Assembly: GCF_003918875.1 (NCBI RefSeq)
Contig: NW_025765514.1
Location: forward strand, 620,001 to 684,000
DNA length: 64,000 nt
Reading direction: 5' to 3'
Source: Haliotis rubra
Lineage: Eukaryota
In this document: piece by piece, positions 34,901 to 47,491 of the stretch
Layout: every line of letters begins with the position of its first letter
Numbering within the stretch: position 1 is the first letter of the stretch
Made by a program: the position numbers and the translations under genes
The notes under the pieces: model-generated
Told to the model about the DNA's origin: nothing
The model's input: only the letters and a program-made list of their open reading frames with translations
Database searches by the model: none

Positions 34901-37900
34901 CCCGATGGCGTGTCTACTCAGGTACTAGATATGTGGATGAGTTATCCCCTATGGGGTTACATTATAAGTTGTATGGGTCTCTCGAGGGTAATACGGTGTG
35001 ATGTACGCCTCTTTGTAGCAGTGTCACCCGAGCCGATAGGCGGTTACCATGGCAGCTGGTAATATTTTTTCCAGTTGTCACCCTCCTGGAAAGGTGACAC
35101 GGAAACTTGTCAAACCGTCATTGACCAATGAAATTAAAGTATTTTACATGAAAGTAAGATAAACTCAGTTATTCAGTATATTCCATCATAAAGCAATTTG
35201 TCTTTGCCAGTTGCCATGGATATGTGTCTTGTGTTAGCTTGTTCCAAGTTAGTTAGTTGGTCAGCATTCCAGAAGTTGTTTGTCAATAATGAACAGTACG
35301 ATTTTATGGGTAATAGCGTCTTGTTTTCTTGCGTAGGGCGATGTTTTGGTGGCGATTCTTACACCATTATCAAGCAACTTTTTACAAGAAGTTGTCCACA
35401 AAGTCATATGCTTCATTATGTTTCAAGATACTCTTCATACTGATTCTTGTTCATGGATTTGCGACCCATGAAGATCCGGGTTAGAATTGGCCTTCAGTAA
35501 CCCATGCTTGTCGTACGAGGCGGCTAACGGGATCGGGTGGTCAGGCTTGCTGGCTTGGTTGACATATGTCATCGGTTCCCAATTACGCATATCAATGCTC
35601 CTGTTGTTGATCACTGGATTATCTGGTCCAGACTTGATTAATTACAGACCGCCGCCATATAGCTGGAATATTGCTGAGTGCGGTGTAAAACTAAACTCAC
35701 TCACTCACTCATGGATTTGCTCTGATTATTATTCATTTCGTCAGCACCGTACCCATATCTGGTTTTGCAAAAGTTGTTAATGTATAAGACCAAAATCACT
35801 TCAGTTTTGACTCATTGTGTTTATCAGAAATACTGTTGAAAGTGTCAGTACCCACACTCACTTGTGGTTTGAGTCACTCCCTGCAATAGCTAGGTAATGG
35901 TTGCTGTTGTCCATGCGTTATGCAGAGGCTATGGTTGCTGTTGTACATGCATTACATTGAGACTGTTGTTGGTGTTGTTCATGTATTATGATGAGACTGT
36001 TGTTGCTGCTGCAGGCTGAGAGTGAAACGGCCACCTACTTGAGACAGATGCTGATGGCTCTGGGGTTCCCCAAACCACCCACAAACATCACACCGTTTCA
36101 GCTGTTCAGTAAGGTGGAGGCCAAGGTGAGGAAATATAGGTTATCACGCGAGTGTGTTTTGGGATGGTTAATATCCTGCATTAGGAATAATCATTGTATT
36201 TAGCAAACCTTGGCGTGGAACTTCAGAAACCTTCAATTAACCTTTTGAACAACAAAATACGCTTTAATGTTCGCGTGACATTATGCACCAGGATTCCTAT
36301 GCCGTTATCCCGCTAACACTGACAGTCGATCGGGGAACTGATGTTGGTATCTTCATAAGCCTGGGAATTTCTATCTTCGCTTTGTAATCTACTCAATCTA
36401 TCATAACTAGGCATGAATTTTCTGGGATCAAAGCACTGACAGTATCGTAACCACGGCCGTCAATCCGGACACGACCGCCTACCCTTGACGCCATGTTTGT
36501 TTACACTGTGAAAGTAGTCCCTGAAATTTGCATATGACCTCTCTAATTTGCATCGATATCCGTATATGACCCCAACGGATACCGAAAATATCCGTTGACT
36601 TTATCCTGCCGAGAACACTATCCATTGTATGATAATATTTTTGATCTCTGTAAATCATTAACTCTAACAGAAGTCAAAATGTTATATGATGGTCACATCT
36701 TTATACTGACTTGACGAAGATGTCCTGCATGTTTAACTTATATGAACAGATTAAAGAGTTGGTGGCCAAGCATCCAAGTCGGCTGGGCAAGCCGTTGTTG
36801 AAGGCGCGGCTGTCTGACAAGCAGTGGGAGCATGTTCTGAAGGTCAACATGGCGCTGTGTGAGGAGTACAAGCTAAGAAGGGACATGCTGATTAAACGAC
36901 TTGACGTTACCATCCAGTCCTTCAAGTGGTCCGACAAAGCAAGGGTATACTTTCATTTTTTTGTTGATATATGTTCTTAGATTTATGCTTATTGAGGGAA
37001 TTTCAGGTTAGAATTGGTCCATAGCAACTTGGTCATAAGAGGTGACAGAATGGACTGGGTGGTCAGGCTGGTGACTTGAGATTGATTACATGTTGTTATG
37101 CCCTGAAGGTATGGATTGTTGATCAATATGATCGTGGAATTGTCGATTGATTATTTACAGACTGATAGCACATAAATAACTAGGAAAGTTCTAAGGAAAT
37201 ACAACCTCTTTATTATTGTGCTGTCCCATAGCTGTAATATTGCTGAGTGTGGTATGAAATAGCAAATAAATTAACACACGCAGTAAGATGCTTCACTTTG
37301 ACTCCAAGATTGAAGAGGCTGATCATATCCCCTATTTATTGAAGGAGGCAACTTTTGAGTATCCGATGGTTATTATGTGGAACCGGCTGATTGATTCATC
37401 CCTTTTATGGACATGTATCATGTTTATGTTGCAGCACAACGAGGACAAGATAGCCAGAGTATATCAGCCCATTAGAAAACAACTTTCATCTAAAACGAAT
37501 GTCGGAGTGCCCCAGATCCTGGCAGCAAGAGATGGTATGCAATGGTGTAATGAGAGTATTGTTTAAACCAGTGTTTAACCAAACTCACTCACTCACTCAG
37601 TCACTCCACTGCAAACTTGCATCAGTGATTAGTTAAAGAACTGTGTGCATGTAGTTTTTCTACAGATAGATGTAAGTTTAGTTGCTGCATCCTAATCCAT
37701 GTCTGGCAGCATGAATGAAATATTGGATAAATCAATTAATTTTGCCAAGAGAAGTGGACCTGAAATATGAGCATTTGTGATCTTGACACATCCTTCCCTG
37801 GATGTATCGGATGTTTCTCCACTTCAGATTTAACAAGGATTCAGAAGACAAGCAGTGGGGAAGCCAGGGAAAAGACCAAATGTGCAATAAATAGAGTCAT

Positions 37901-39732
37901 GATAGGACAGGTGAGTACTGGACACTGTTTGTCTATGTGTGTGTATTCGTGTGCATGTGTTTGTGTGTTCGTGCATGTGTTCGTGTGTGTATTCATGCTT
38001 GCATGCAAGTGTTCGTGTGCGTGTGAGTGTTTGTGTGTATTTGTGTGTGTGTGTATTCATGCTTGCATGCAAGTGTTTGTGTGTGTGTTCGTGTGTGTAT
38101 TTGTGTGTGTATTCATGCTTGCATGCAAGTGTTCGTGCGAGTGTTTGTGTGTATTTGTGTGTGTATTCATGCTTGCATGCAAGTGTTTGTGTGTGTATTT
38201 GTGTGTGTATTCATGCTTGCATGCAAGTGTTAAATCTTGCGTGCGAGTGTTTGTGTGTGTAGTGTTTGTGTGTGTGTGTGTATTCATGCTTGCATGCAAG
38301 TGTTTTGTGTGTGTTCGTGTGTGTATTTGTGTGTGTATTCATGCTTGCATGCGAGTGTTCGTCTGTGTGTGTGCACGTGCATGCTTGTGTTCGTGTTTTT
38401 GGATGTGCTGTTGTGTGTGTGTTAAAAATAACAACTTTCAGGATTTGTATTACATGTATATGTATACAGGTAAACTTAAGATGTGTCCCGACCAAATTTA
38501 CAGGCGTTATTAGCTAACAGTAAGATTTTCACTCACTCACTCGCCACTCACTTGCTCAGTAAATCCCTTTTGGAAGTTATAATAGTTCCCTAAGAACCAA
38601 TGCTGGTTGTTGGAGATGACAAACTAGATTGGGTGGTTAGCCTCCGTGACTCTGCTCCAGATTATTAACAGAATGCAGTCACATTGCTGGGTACCACTAA
38701 CTAATAATAAAACCTCATCACTTGGAATGATAATGAATCAAATCGAGGTGGTGGTGAATCTGTTAAAAAGCTTTTGTTAATTGTCCAGGTTCCAGATCGT
38801 GGAGGTCGTACCACAGAGCTAGCACCCCCTCCTCCAGAGATGCCAGCATTCATGCAGAGATCAGCGGCACCTCAAGGTAAGGCTGCTAGTGTGTGCCAGA
38901 TCAATTGTCATAATTAACATAAAAACATGAACATTTATTTTTGTTACCAGCCTACAATCTGAGACATAATAAATCTTAAATGATGAGTATGTGAAGCAAT
39001 GTAAAATACACCTGGGAAGAGTCTCAGCATTGCTCCATTATAATGTTACATCGCTGTTCACATCCATGTAACTGTTATTCACATCCATGGAACTGTTGTT
39101 CACATCCATGGAACTGTTGTTCACATCCATGGAACTGTTATTCACATCCATGTAACTGTTGTTCACATCCATGGAACTGTTGTTCACATCCATGTAACTG
39201 TTATTCACATCCATGTAACTGTTGGAAACATTTAAAAATATAATCTCATGAGCATGTCCAGATATTTATGTAGTGGTTATAGTTTCTGTTGATTATTTCA
39301 GGACGTGGCAGAGGAGGTGGTCACAGGGGAGGAAGAGGAGGAGGGGGTGGTGGGCGTGTCCAGGGTGGGTGGGGTGACTCCCACAATCAGAATCAAGGAG
39401 GAAACTGGGCCCAAGGTGGGGGAGGATATGGAGGGTCAAAGGGAGGGTATAGTCAGGGTGGAGGAGGAAACTACAGTCAGGGTGGAGGAGGAAACTACAG
39501 TCAGGGTGGAGGAGGAAACTACAGTCAGGGTGGGGGTGGTTACAACCAGGGTGGTTACAATCAAGGTGGGGGTGGGGGTTATCAAGGGGTGGGGGTTATC
39601 AAGGTGGAGGTGGAGGAGGGGTGGATATCAAGGTGGGGGTGGATACCAAGGGGTGGGGGTAGAGGAGGAGGAAGGGGTCGGGGCAGAGGGGGAGGGAGGG
39701 GTAGAGGTAGGGGTGGAGGAGGCTACAACTGA
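28940..39732 (+). CDS. FAM98: FAM98 family protein (FAM98A/B-like; RTCB tRNA-ligase complex subunit) with RGG/YxQG low-complexity tail, about 476 aa
   Basis: Exons: 28940-28977, 30328-30476, 31569-31625, 31921-31998, 34821-34921, 36015-36125, 36750-36944, 37435-37534, 37828-37910, 38789-38876, 39302-39732; total 1431 nt with consistent phases. Motifs: MENDILDSLEDLG, ELSGFLREYGCPY, EYKLRRDMLIKRLDVTIQSFKWSD, CAINRVMIGQVPDRGGR, PPPPEMP, Gly/Arg-rich tail. Confidence 0.95.
29583..29661. mobile_element. Tiny (about 79 bp) TSD-flanked element in FAM98 intron 1
   Basis: 12-bp TSD TAGGTACTCTGT at 29571-29582 and 29662-29673; homolog of 25589-25677. Confidence 0.7.
29880..30112 (-). mobile_element. 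Retroposon family C
   Basis: 5' end GACCCGTGAAGATCTGGGTTAGAATAGGTCTTCAG at 30112. Confidence 0.85.
32671..32856. mobile_element. hAT-like MITE, 8-bp TSD
   Basis: CATAGGCGTACCC...GTATCCGCCCCTG termini; GTCTCCAC at 32663-32670 and 32857-32864. Confidence 0.75.
33317..33881 (+). mobile_element. Helentron-associated (HINE/pearl-like) element with internal 171-bp tandem repeats
   Basis: GGGGGTATT head followed by a (TCCG)-type microsatellite; about 2.2 repeats starting at 33391, 33562 and 33733; GGGGGCTATTGATGAC..GTCTTCTTGTT end. This architecture is typical of molluscan HINE-like elements. Confidence 0.6.
33899..34070 (+). mobile_element. SINE family A, full length
   Basis: 12-bp TSD TTGAAAGTGTTT at 33887-33898 and 34071-34082. 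Confidence 0.9.
35463..35708 (+). mobile_element. Retroposon family C, full length
   Basis: Starts GACCCATGAAGATCC; 12-bp TSD TCATGGATTTGC at 35451-35462 and 35709-35720. Confidence 0.9.
37935..38421. repeat. Compound (TG)n minisatellite with palindromic core CTTGCATGCAAG
   Basis: About 7 units of GTGTATTCATGCTTGCATGCAAGTGTT separated by variable TG tracts, in FAM98 intron 9. Confidence 0.9.
39050..39222. repeat. 21-bp minisatellite (about 8 units)
   Basis: TGTTCACATCCATG(G/T)AACTGT repeated in FAM98 intron 10. Confidence 0.9.
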
Positions 39733-40258
39733 ATATACATTTGTCACATATGATGCATAGTTCATGAATAATGCTGTCTTTGCAATACAATTACATAACT
39801 ATTAGAAAGGGCATTACAGTCGTCTCCCCTTGGTTGTTATTAAGAACTTTGTTTTGTGTATGTCCAATATACAACAGGCATCTATTGTTCTGATCATTTT
39901 GGTTGTTACGAAGAATTAGTGAATTAGGTTGTTGAGTTTTCAGCTGTTGAATGCAACGTGCTGTTTTTGAGATATCACAGATTATTCTTGTCGGTGAGTG
40001 GACAATATCTAAGCATTAAGGTAGATGGTTCATTACGGATAAGTTTATAAACTTTCTCAACAGCAAGGAACACCTTGTGCCAAATAATAAAGTGAGGTAA
40101 CACTTTATGTGTCATACCCAAGTAATTCAGAATAGAAGTAGTTGGTTTGTGCCTCATGATTGTTGTATAAACTTACTGCTAACTGCTCCATGTGTGAATT
40201 GTTCCACTTAATGTTTTTTTCTGTTTGTTGCTATGGTGCGACAGCAATTTTATAGCAA

Positions 40259-40264
40259 AATAAA
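40259..40264 (+). promoter_or_regulatory. Candidate FAM98 polyadenylation signal (alternative at 40086-40091)
   Basis: AATAAA followed by a T-rich tract about 530 nt after the stop. Confidence 0.4.
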
Positions 40265-40378
40265 TCTATTTATATGAACCCTTATGTTTTTATTCGATTG
40301 TGACATCACTGGCATGGTCTGGCCAGGGCTACTTTGACAGGGCAGTGACTGTCTGTGCACCCTAAAGCATGGACTAAT

Positions 40379-40695
40379 GGGCGGTGGGGTAGCCTGGTGG
40401 TTATATCGCTCCTCTCGCTGAAGACCGTGAAGCCCATTTTTGGTGTCCCCCGCCACGATATTGCTTGAATATTGCTAAAATCCACATAAGAACTAAACTC
40501 ACTCACTAAGTTATTTATGCTCACTGTTTCAAGAGTGGGAGGAGGAGTAGCATAGTGGTTAAAAGGTTTTCTCATCACACTGAAGACCCTGTTCGATTCC
40601 CTACATGGGTACATGGTGTTAAGATCATTTCTGCTGTGGGGATGGATGGAATATTGATGGAATACTAAAAGCGGTGTAAAACCATATTCACTCAT
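40379..40695 (+). mobile_element. Two tandem degenerate SINE family A copies (40379-40508, 40537-40695)
   Basis: Recognisable heads and GGAATA..CTAAAA tails. Confidence 0.7.
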
Positions 40696-40860
40696 TGTGT
40701 CAAGTGAAGAAACGTTTAACACACAAGCAGATTGAATGTTTCCAGTTTTTCATTTTTACCCACGCATCCACACATGTATGTCCAATATACAACAAGCGTC
40801 TATCCTTATGACCATTTTGGTTGTTATTAAGAGTTGGTGAATTGGTTAAAGTCTCAATTG

Positions 40861-41435
40861 TTGAATTCGTGAGTATATCCGGTGAATTTGCAGGACATGA
40901 ATGTATACTGGAACACTGTGTTGTTCAAGAAATGCCGTAGTGCTGGGCCATTACGTTGAATAAACTGCCTCTGGTCCGAGAATCTGATCTCTGTAGCCCA
41001 CACTTGTCCAGTTGCCCTGAACAACATCTCAAGTGGTCCTCTGACGTTCACTTAAGTCCGTCACTATGGGGGCTATGTGGACTTCTCTGTTAAAACAACA
41101 GACTCCATCACAACTGAGGTTGGCGAACATGATTTCGGCACCATCTTTGAAGGTTTTCTGGATGATGTTGCGTCAGGAGAGGTCGTATGGCGGGACGACG
41201 TGGTCGTATGCCATAATGACGTAAGTGATTCCTAACCGTTCTACGCCGGAGTTAATACCTCGAAATCCTGGAATGTTCCGAGCAGTGATTACTGCTGCCT
41301 GTAACCTGTGCTTTAGATGGGCCACCCATATCCATCTGTCCTGCAGCATGTTGGCGATCACCAACTTCATTATTGCTCTGACATTTGTCTCAACAGTGCT
41401 GAAATTTTGTTTCGGTGGCAATGAAATTTCGCGGT
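40861..41435 (-). pseudogene. Tc1-like transposase fragment
   Basis: Frameshifted translation QDRWIWVAHLKHRLQAAVITARNIPG / RRTVRNHLRHYGIRPRRPAIRPLLTQHH..RWCRNH matches the second HTH and linker of Tc1 transposases; no TIRs found. Confidence 0.7.
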
Positions 41436-41457
41436 GAAACTTTCCCCCCCACCCACA

Positions 41458-41569
41458 TGGGTGCCGTTGTACAAAAGAACCTAAGCGCTAATACTACCAT
41501 AATTCTATGTTAAGTTATGGGAGTTACGGTCACCTTCGCGCTAAGATCGATTTGTACAACAGCACCCTG
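41458..41569. mobile_element. Short hairpin MITE (same family as 6783 and 8761)
   Basis: GGGTGCCGTTGTACAAA...TTTGTACAACAGCACCC; TATGGGAGTTACG core. Confidence 0.7.
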
Positions 41570-42515
41570 CCCCTTAGCCTCATGACGTTGTGCAGTCTGA
41601 TTCGTGGCATGACGTGTGTTGTGACCTTAAAGCTACAATGGTCTTAAGTGTAGAATAGTCATGAATATTCATCAGTGGGCGGAGATTATATGACCACGTC
41701 ACATTCTAGCTTTAAGGTCAGAACAGACGTGCGGTTGTTTTTTTAACTATCAAACATCAAAAATCGAATGGAGCTTTTTTTGTGCTCTAAGCTGTTAATT
41801 TAGATGCACATGCACAAATGTGTTGCATGTGCCCATGTCGAAACCACTGGCGTCACGAAACGTGGCACATGCATATGCGTTTATTCTCTTCACTAATTAC
41901 TGCGTTTACATCTGTATTTGTTGTGGCAAATATAGAACTTCCTTTTACATTTCACATACGAACACTAAAAAGAGTAACAGGCTTAAAATACACCCTTGGC
42001 GTAAACCACTGGGACATTCAAACGTCAGTCAGTGTTACATTTACGTTTCCTCTTCATAAGATCGTAAATACTTCTTAAGTATTTTAGTCATCCAGTATTT
42101 TTAACAGCAATCAGAGCTAATCCCGATGTACTAAATCCCCAAAGCTGAAAGCTTCCTTAAAACTTACAAAGGCCACACGTAGTTTGCAATGTATACGTGG
42201 ACAACCTTAGTCCACGGATTAGTAAAAATGCTTCCATTCTAATATTCAATTAAATGCCTTTGAGAAAGAATATTTTTAGCTTCACATTTGATATTTCTAC
42301 ATTCGGAATTGTAAAATCCTATTAATTGTTTGTACGTACAGCACGCAGGATTTAAATTGGCAGTTACATTATCTAGTACTTCTTTTAAGTCGATATTGAC
42401 AAAGGTCAAGAGATAACATGAGTTTGTATTGAAAGCTGGTTTAAAGTTACCAACAAATATATCCCTATACTCCTCATTGCACTGGAATTTAACTGATTTG
42501 CAATCTGAGGAAATA

Positions 42516-44013
42516 TACTGAACATCATTGAAAACGCACCACTTATAAAAGTTCAGATTATTAAAAGCACGTGTAAGGAATTAATATTTTTGAGTGGATA
42601 ATAACAGATGGACGACTGACAAAAACAACACAGAAAAGACGCTCATTCATTGAAATGTTCCACAGTCAGAAAGGATCAAACACACGTGGGGTCAAATCGA
42701 AAAGTCAATATCGCGTGTGACCGCCATTTGCATTGTCACATGGAGTTCAACGTCTCCTCATTGAGTCAATAAGCGTCCAAATAGAGTTCTTGAGGATGGC
42801 ATTCCACTTCTGCAGTAGTGCAGCCTCAAGTTCCCGGATGTTTTACATCTGTTGTCGCCGCGAAAGACTGACCAATTTCGTCCCACAAGTGCTCCATGGG
42901 GATACATCTGGCGACTGTGCTGGCCAATGAATAACCTGGATGTGTTGCTGGGCCAGATACTGCATGGAAAGTCTTGTTGTGTGTGCCCGTGCGTTGTCCT
43001 GTTGAAAAGTATGGACATCTTGGTGGTGATTGAAGACAGATACGATGTGATTCTGAAGAATCTGCTCACGGTAATGAAGGGCATTAACTCTCCCTTGACA
43101 GACATGAAGGCAGTCCTGTGATTGTAATTTTTTTCCACCCCAGACCATGACACTTCCACCACCCAAAGGTCTGTCTGAACCACACACTCATCAGCATAAC
43201 GTTCACCACGTCTACGCCAAACACGTAATCGGCCGTCAGTATTACGTAGATGAAGACGTGACTCGTCAGTGATTACCACACCATGCCATTGTTGTAACCT
43301 TTACTGAAAATGCCTGCTAGCCCATTGTATACGCTCATTACGGTGTCTGTCAGTCAGAATTGGTCCAACGTAAGGACGTCGAGCATGGAGCCCTGTAGCG
43401 TGTAGACGGCGTCGCATGGAGTCAGCGCTGATGACCCCCACGTCAACCTTGAACTAGTGCAGCAGTCCTGGCAGTCGGCAGTGTTCAATCACTGATATGG
43501 ACAAGGTCAATATGGCAATCCTGATGGAGCGTTGTAACACGTTGTTGCCAAGGTCATTGAAGGTCACGGGTGCTGCCTGTCTACTGATGTCGTCTATAAA
43601 GCTTAACGATGGTGGAGTGGCCAAGTCCAAGTTGTCGAGCAATATCCCTGCTGCTGGTGCCAACCTGAATCATGCCTAGTGCACGTTCTCTTTCGTGAGG
43701 TGTTAACCTCGGCATCTCTGTCCTCGTTTCACAATCGTTTGTGAAGCAATGGGAATCGGTTCTCATACACCTGCTTTTAATATCACAGTCAGTATGATTT
43801 CGGAATGAAATTCGCGCTTTTTTCATGGCGTGGCTGCATGTTGATGCATTTTGGAATTAAGAGTCATGCTGTGGACAGGAATTTGTTTCTAAAGCATTTT
43901 TTCAACTGGACATGCCCTTCGATTTCATATTCATTGATCATTGTCATGCTGAAATCCATCTTGATGAAAATACGGACACTTTTAGACTGGTGCGTTTTCA
44001 ATGATGTTCAGTA
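42516..44013 (-). mobile_element. Full-length Tc1-like transposon; transposase pseudogene at 43715-42705
   Basis: 26-bp TIRs TACTGAACATCATTGAAAACGCACCA with TA TSD; MPRLTPHERERALGM.. HTH, ITDESR, FQQDNARAH, WPAQSPD, GGHTRY* motifs split by frameshifts and stops. Confidence 0.93.
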
Positions 44014-44719
44014 TATATTCTTTTCCGTTCTAGTGTCATTAGAGCACAGCAGTAGTGACATATCTTTGAATCTACAATATTGTTAACTCTGAATCTGGTA
44101 AAATATTTGAATACAGCTAGAGAGGCTATGATATATAACAGCGCCTTGAGCATGTACTAGTTGCGTGGATATGTGCGCTATATAAATATTCTATAATAAA
44201 TAATAATATATTTAACAACTCTACAACCTTGCGCTGATAGGTAGCTAAATTCACCATTTCCATGTCCCCTGAGTCTTCCGTTTCGAGCATAGAGATTGAA
44301 GATAAAACAAAAAATTACCAACATTTTACCTAATCTGTTTTGCAAAGGTATCTTATAATTGTTGTTAATGCAAATGCGTGCATTGACATCACCACATGTC
44401 ATAAAAATAATTATCACACTTTCAACGTTCACTGGAACGTTCTACCAGCCCCTGAACCTTTGGTTGAACACCATTTTAACCGGATACATGTACATGGTGA
44501 TATGAGCGTTACAAATTATAGAATACCGTTATCAAAGATAAATAGCAATATTGATATTTTAATGCCCACGATATAACCAGTGGATAAAGTGTTTTGTGCC
44601 CCAAAACAAAATATTTGGTTATGTAGAGATATGTTTGAACCTCACGGCAATGTTAAAGAGTTGGCAGTTGTATGAACAATTCCAATAAATGTATCCTTAT
44701 AACAAAGTAGAAGGCTGTG

Positions 44720-45081
44720 GGTGAGGTGAGGTGAGGTGAAATTGGGTTTAACGTCGTGCTGGAGAATATTTCGCTCATATGACGACGTGCATGCATGTGT
44801 ATGTGTATGTGCGGCGGCTTGTACTAGCCCAGACTTAAGCTGGTTTTATAGTGCTAGCCCACTGAGATGCCATGCCGCAGTGAAGCATAAATACCCCACT
44901 CAGACACATTATACTGACTCCGAGCCGACCAGTCCTTGTTGTACCCATTAATGCCGAGCGCCAGGCAGGGACCAACAAGTACCACATTTTAACGTCTTTT
45001 GGTATGAAGCGGTCGGGGATCGAACCCGCGACCTTCCGCTCTCCGGGCGGACGCTGTAACCACTACACCACGGAGGCGGTC
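44720..45081 (-). mobile_element. SINE family B, full length
   Basis: Reverse complement of the 3938 and 6327 copies; (CACCT)n tail. Confidence 0.9.
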
Positions 45082-45288
45082 TTGAAGGGCGTGGGTAGAA
45101 GATTCGAGAAATGGTTTTAGTGGTATTAAATGTTAAATGATCTTCAATGCATTCACGGTCTTCTACCCTGTTGTTTACACCTCTTAGATGAGGAATACAG
45201 TCTTCCCCCGTCCCCCTGATTGCGAATATAATTACAAATGGCGAATTCAGCCTTCTTTTGATGCTCTCACTGCTAATTACGTCATTGT

Positions 45289-45459
45289 AAGTGAGTGAGT
45301 GAATATGGTATTACGCCGCCTTTAGCAATATTCCAGCAATAACACGACGGGGGACACAAAAAATGGGCTTCACACATTGTACCAATGTTGGAATCGAACC
45401 CGGGTCTACAGCGTGCCGAGCGGACGCTTTTTTTAACCATCTTGCTACCCCACCGCCCC
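45289..45459 (-). mobile_element. SINE family A
   Basis: Head and tail recognisable. Confidence 0.8.
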
Positions 45460-45792
45460 ATTAGCAGCATCAAAGGAAGTATGGTTGATACGGTTTTGGG
45501 GTGGCATCTGATCCTGCCGATCCGGGGTGTACTTCATGAAAGTAAGTGAATCTACCTCAAACGAAAGATCATAGGCCGATCCGGAGGCCCGGATTTGTCA
45601 AAACGACCAGTGGACCATTTGAACTGCTCTAGAAGCATGCTTGGGGAGTTGAAAATGTCAGTCAAACGGCTGACTTCAAGTCTATATGTCTCTCCCATTC
45701 ATAATAGTGGGCGGAGTCGCTGAACGCATCGTAATTCACTTCGAAGAGTTGCGTCCCTTATTGTGCCTGGGCCCTGTGCTTTGTTCGCCCCT

Positions 45793-45948
45793 GGGTCGGT
45801 GGAGTACCCTAGTGGTTAAAATTTTGGCTTATCACACCGAAGACCCGGATTCGATTCCCCACATGGGTACAATGTGGTCCATTTCTGGTGTCTCCGGCCA
45901 TGATATTGCTCGAATCTTGCTAAAAGCGGCGTAAAAACATACTCACTC
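45793..45948 (+). mobile_element. SINE family A
   Basis: Head and tail recognisable. Confidence 0.75.
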
Positions 45949-47215
45949 AACCCATGGACAATATACAAACAGTATTGGTATAGGCTGCTATCCAATCCTA
46001 CCGGGTACCCAGTCAATGCGGCGCGGCTCAATTTGAGTCCCCCGCAGTGATATTGCTGGGATATTACTAAAGGCTGCGTAGAATTAACCATACTCACTCA
46101 CGTTGATCGCCCTGCAACACCTCTGGGTTTTCCTCCCACTCCAGGCTGACAGACACACTGTGATATAACGGAAATACTCTTTAACGCGTCTATACACAAA
46201 ACTCACTCACAAACCAGCAAACCAAGCGAAGAGTCGTAAAATACTTTTGAGCCCCGTTCGCGTGTCCATCAGTGATCAATTGTGTTCCTCCTCAGACCTG
46301 TACGTACTGACAGATGAACTCCAGTGTTGTATACCTGTCGAGAGAAGGGGCTATGTCGGAAGGTGCAAACGCTGTGAGGAGAATGCAGGGGTGGTAGACT
46401 AACGCTTGTCTCTGAATATATATACAATTTTGATAGTAACAAATAAACCATTGAAATTAAATACGATACAGAGTGTGATGAGAGATTCTGAACCTAAGGA
46501 AATCTAGACTTGCTTCATTATGGGCTTTAGCACCGAAGGGAGGGCTAGGTAGTAGGGAAAATACTGTGGTTCAGGGACTGTGACACTACTGGGAAGGGAT
46601 AAGTTGCCATGTAAGATATGATTAATACCAATCAGTTTTCTAATTTTTACAATACTTTCTCAAGATTGTAACAGTTTGTGTCTTAGAGTAATATACAATG
46701 GACATTCAAAGAAGTAATGAAAAACATTCTCACATCCATGGCCACATTCACATGATGCGTCTTATTTTAAATATTTATTCTAAAAAAATCGTAATTAAGT
46801 GCACTTGTCATGGATCTTAATATTGTGTGCAAAACATATAATTTCTTTATTCCATATGAATAATATTTAGGTTCACATTTGTCTATTTGATGTATATGAT
46901 GCAACAGTGTCGCAATATCTAATAGCTAAGCTAATGTTTTCAATATGATGATGCCGACTCCCGTTAGACTAGAAGGTTAAGCCGAAATGTTTATGAAAAT
47001 AAACTTTTTATATTGCAGCAATAAAAATTCAAATTACTGTCTTTTCGTCCATCTTTCAAAATAAATAATATAGCTTCAGTTTGTTCCTGTGTTTTATTTG
47101 GACTATTCCATTATAATGTGTAGGTAACGGGTAGTAGATAATCTGTTCACTGAACCGTAAATGTTGTTGTTTTAAGGTGTCTGCAAACTGGCTGTCTGCG
47201 TAATGGGAGGACACC

Positions 47216-47360
47216 GCGGCTGCTTGTACTAGCCCAGACTTAAGCTGGTTTTATAGTGCTAGCTCACTAAGATACCATGCCGCAGTGAAGCGTGAATACC
47301 CCACTCAGACACATTATACTGACTCCGAGCCGACCAGTCCTTGTTGTACCCATAAATGCC
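47216..47360 (-). mobile_element. SINE family B internal fragment
   Basis: Matches the body of the 44720 copy. Confidence 0.8.
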
Positions 47361-47491
47361 GGACTCGGAAAGAAATTAAGTCATTATTTTCAAAAACGGA
47401 CGCATACGACCTAATTACGTCTGCGTGGACTAGTGGGAAGAGCACCTGTCTCAAGAGTGGAAGGTCAGTGGTTCTATTTATAAGACTGACT

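Noticed and set aside
37767-38517. 248-aa Cys/Val-rich ORF
   Set aside because: Only 37828-37910 is a real FAM98 exon; the rest is read-through into a TG-rich intronic repeat.
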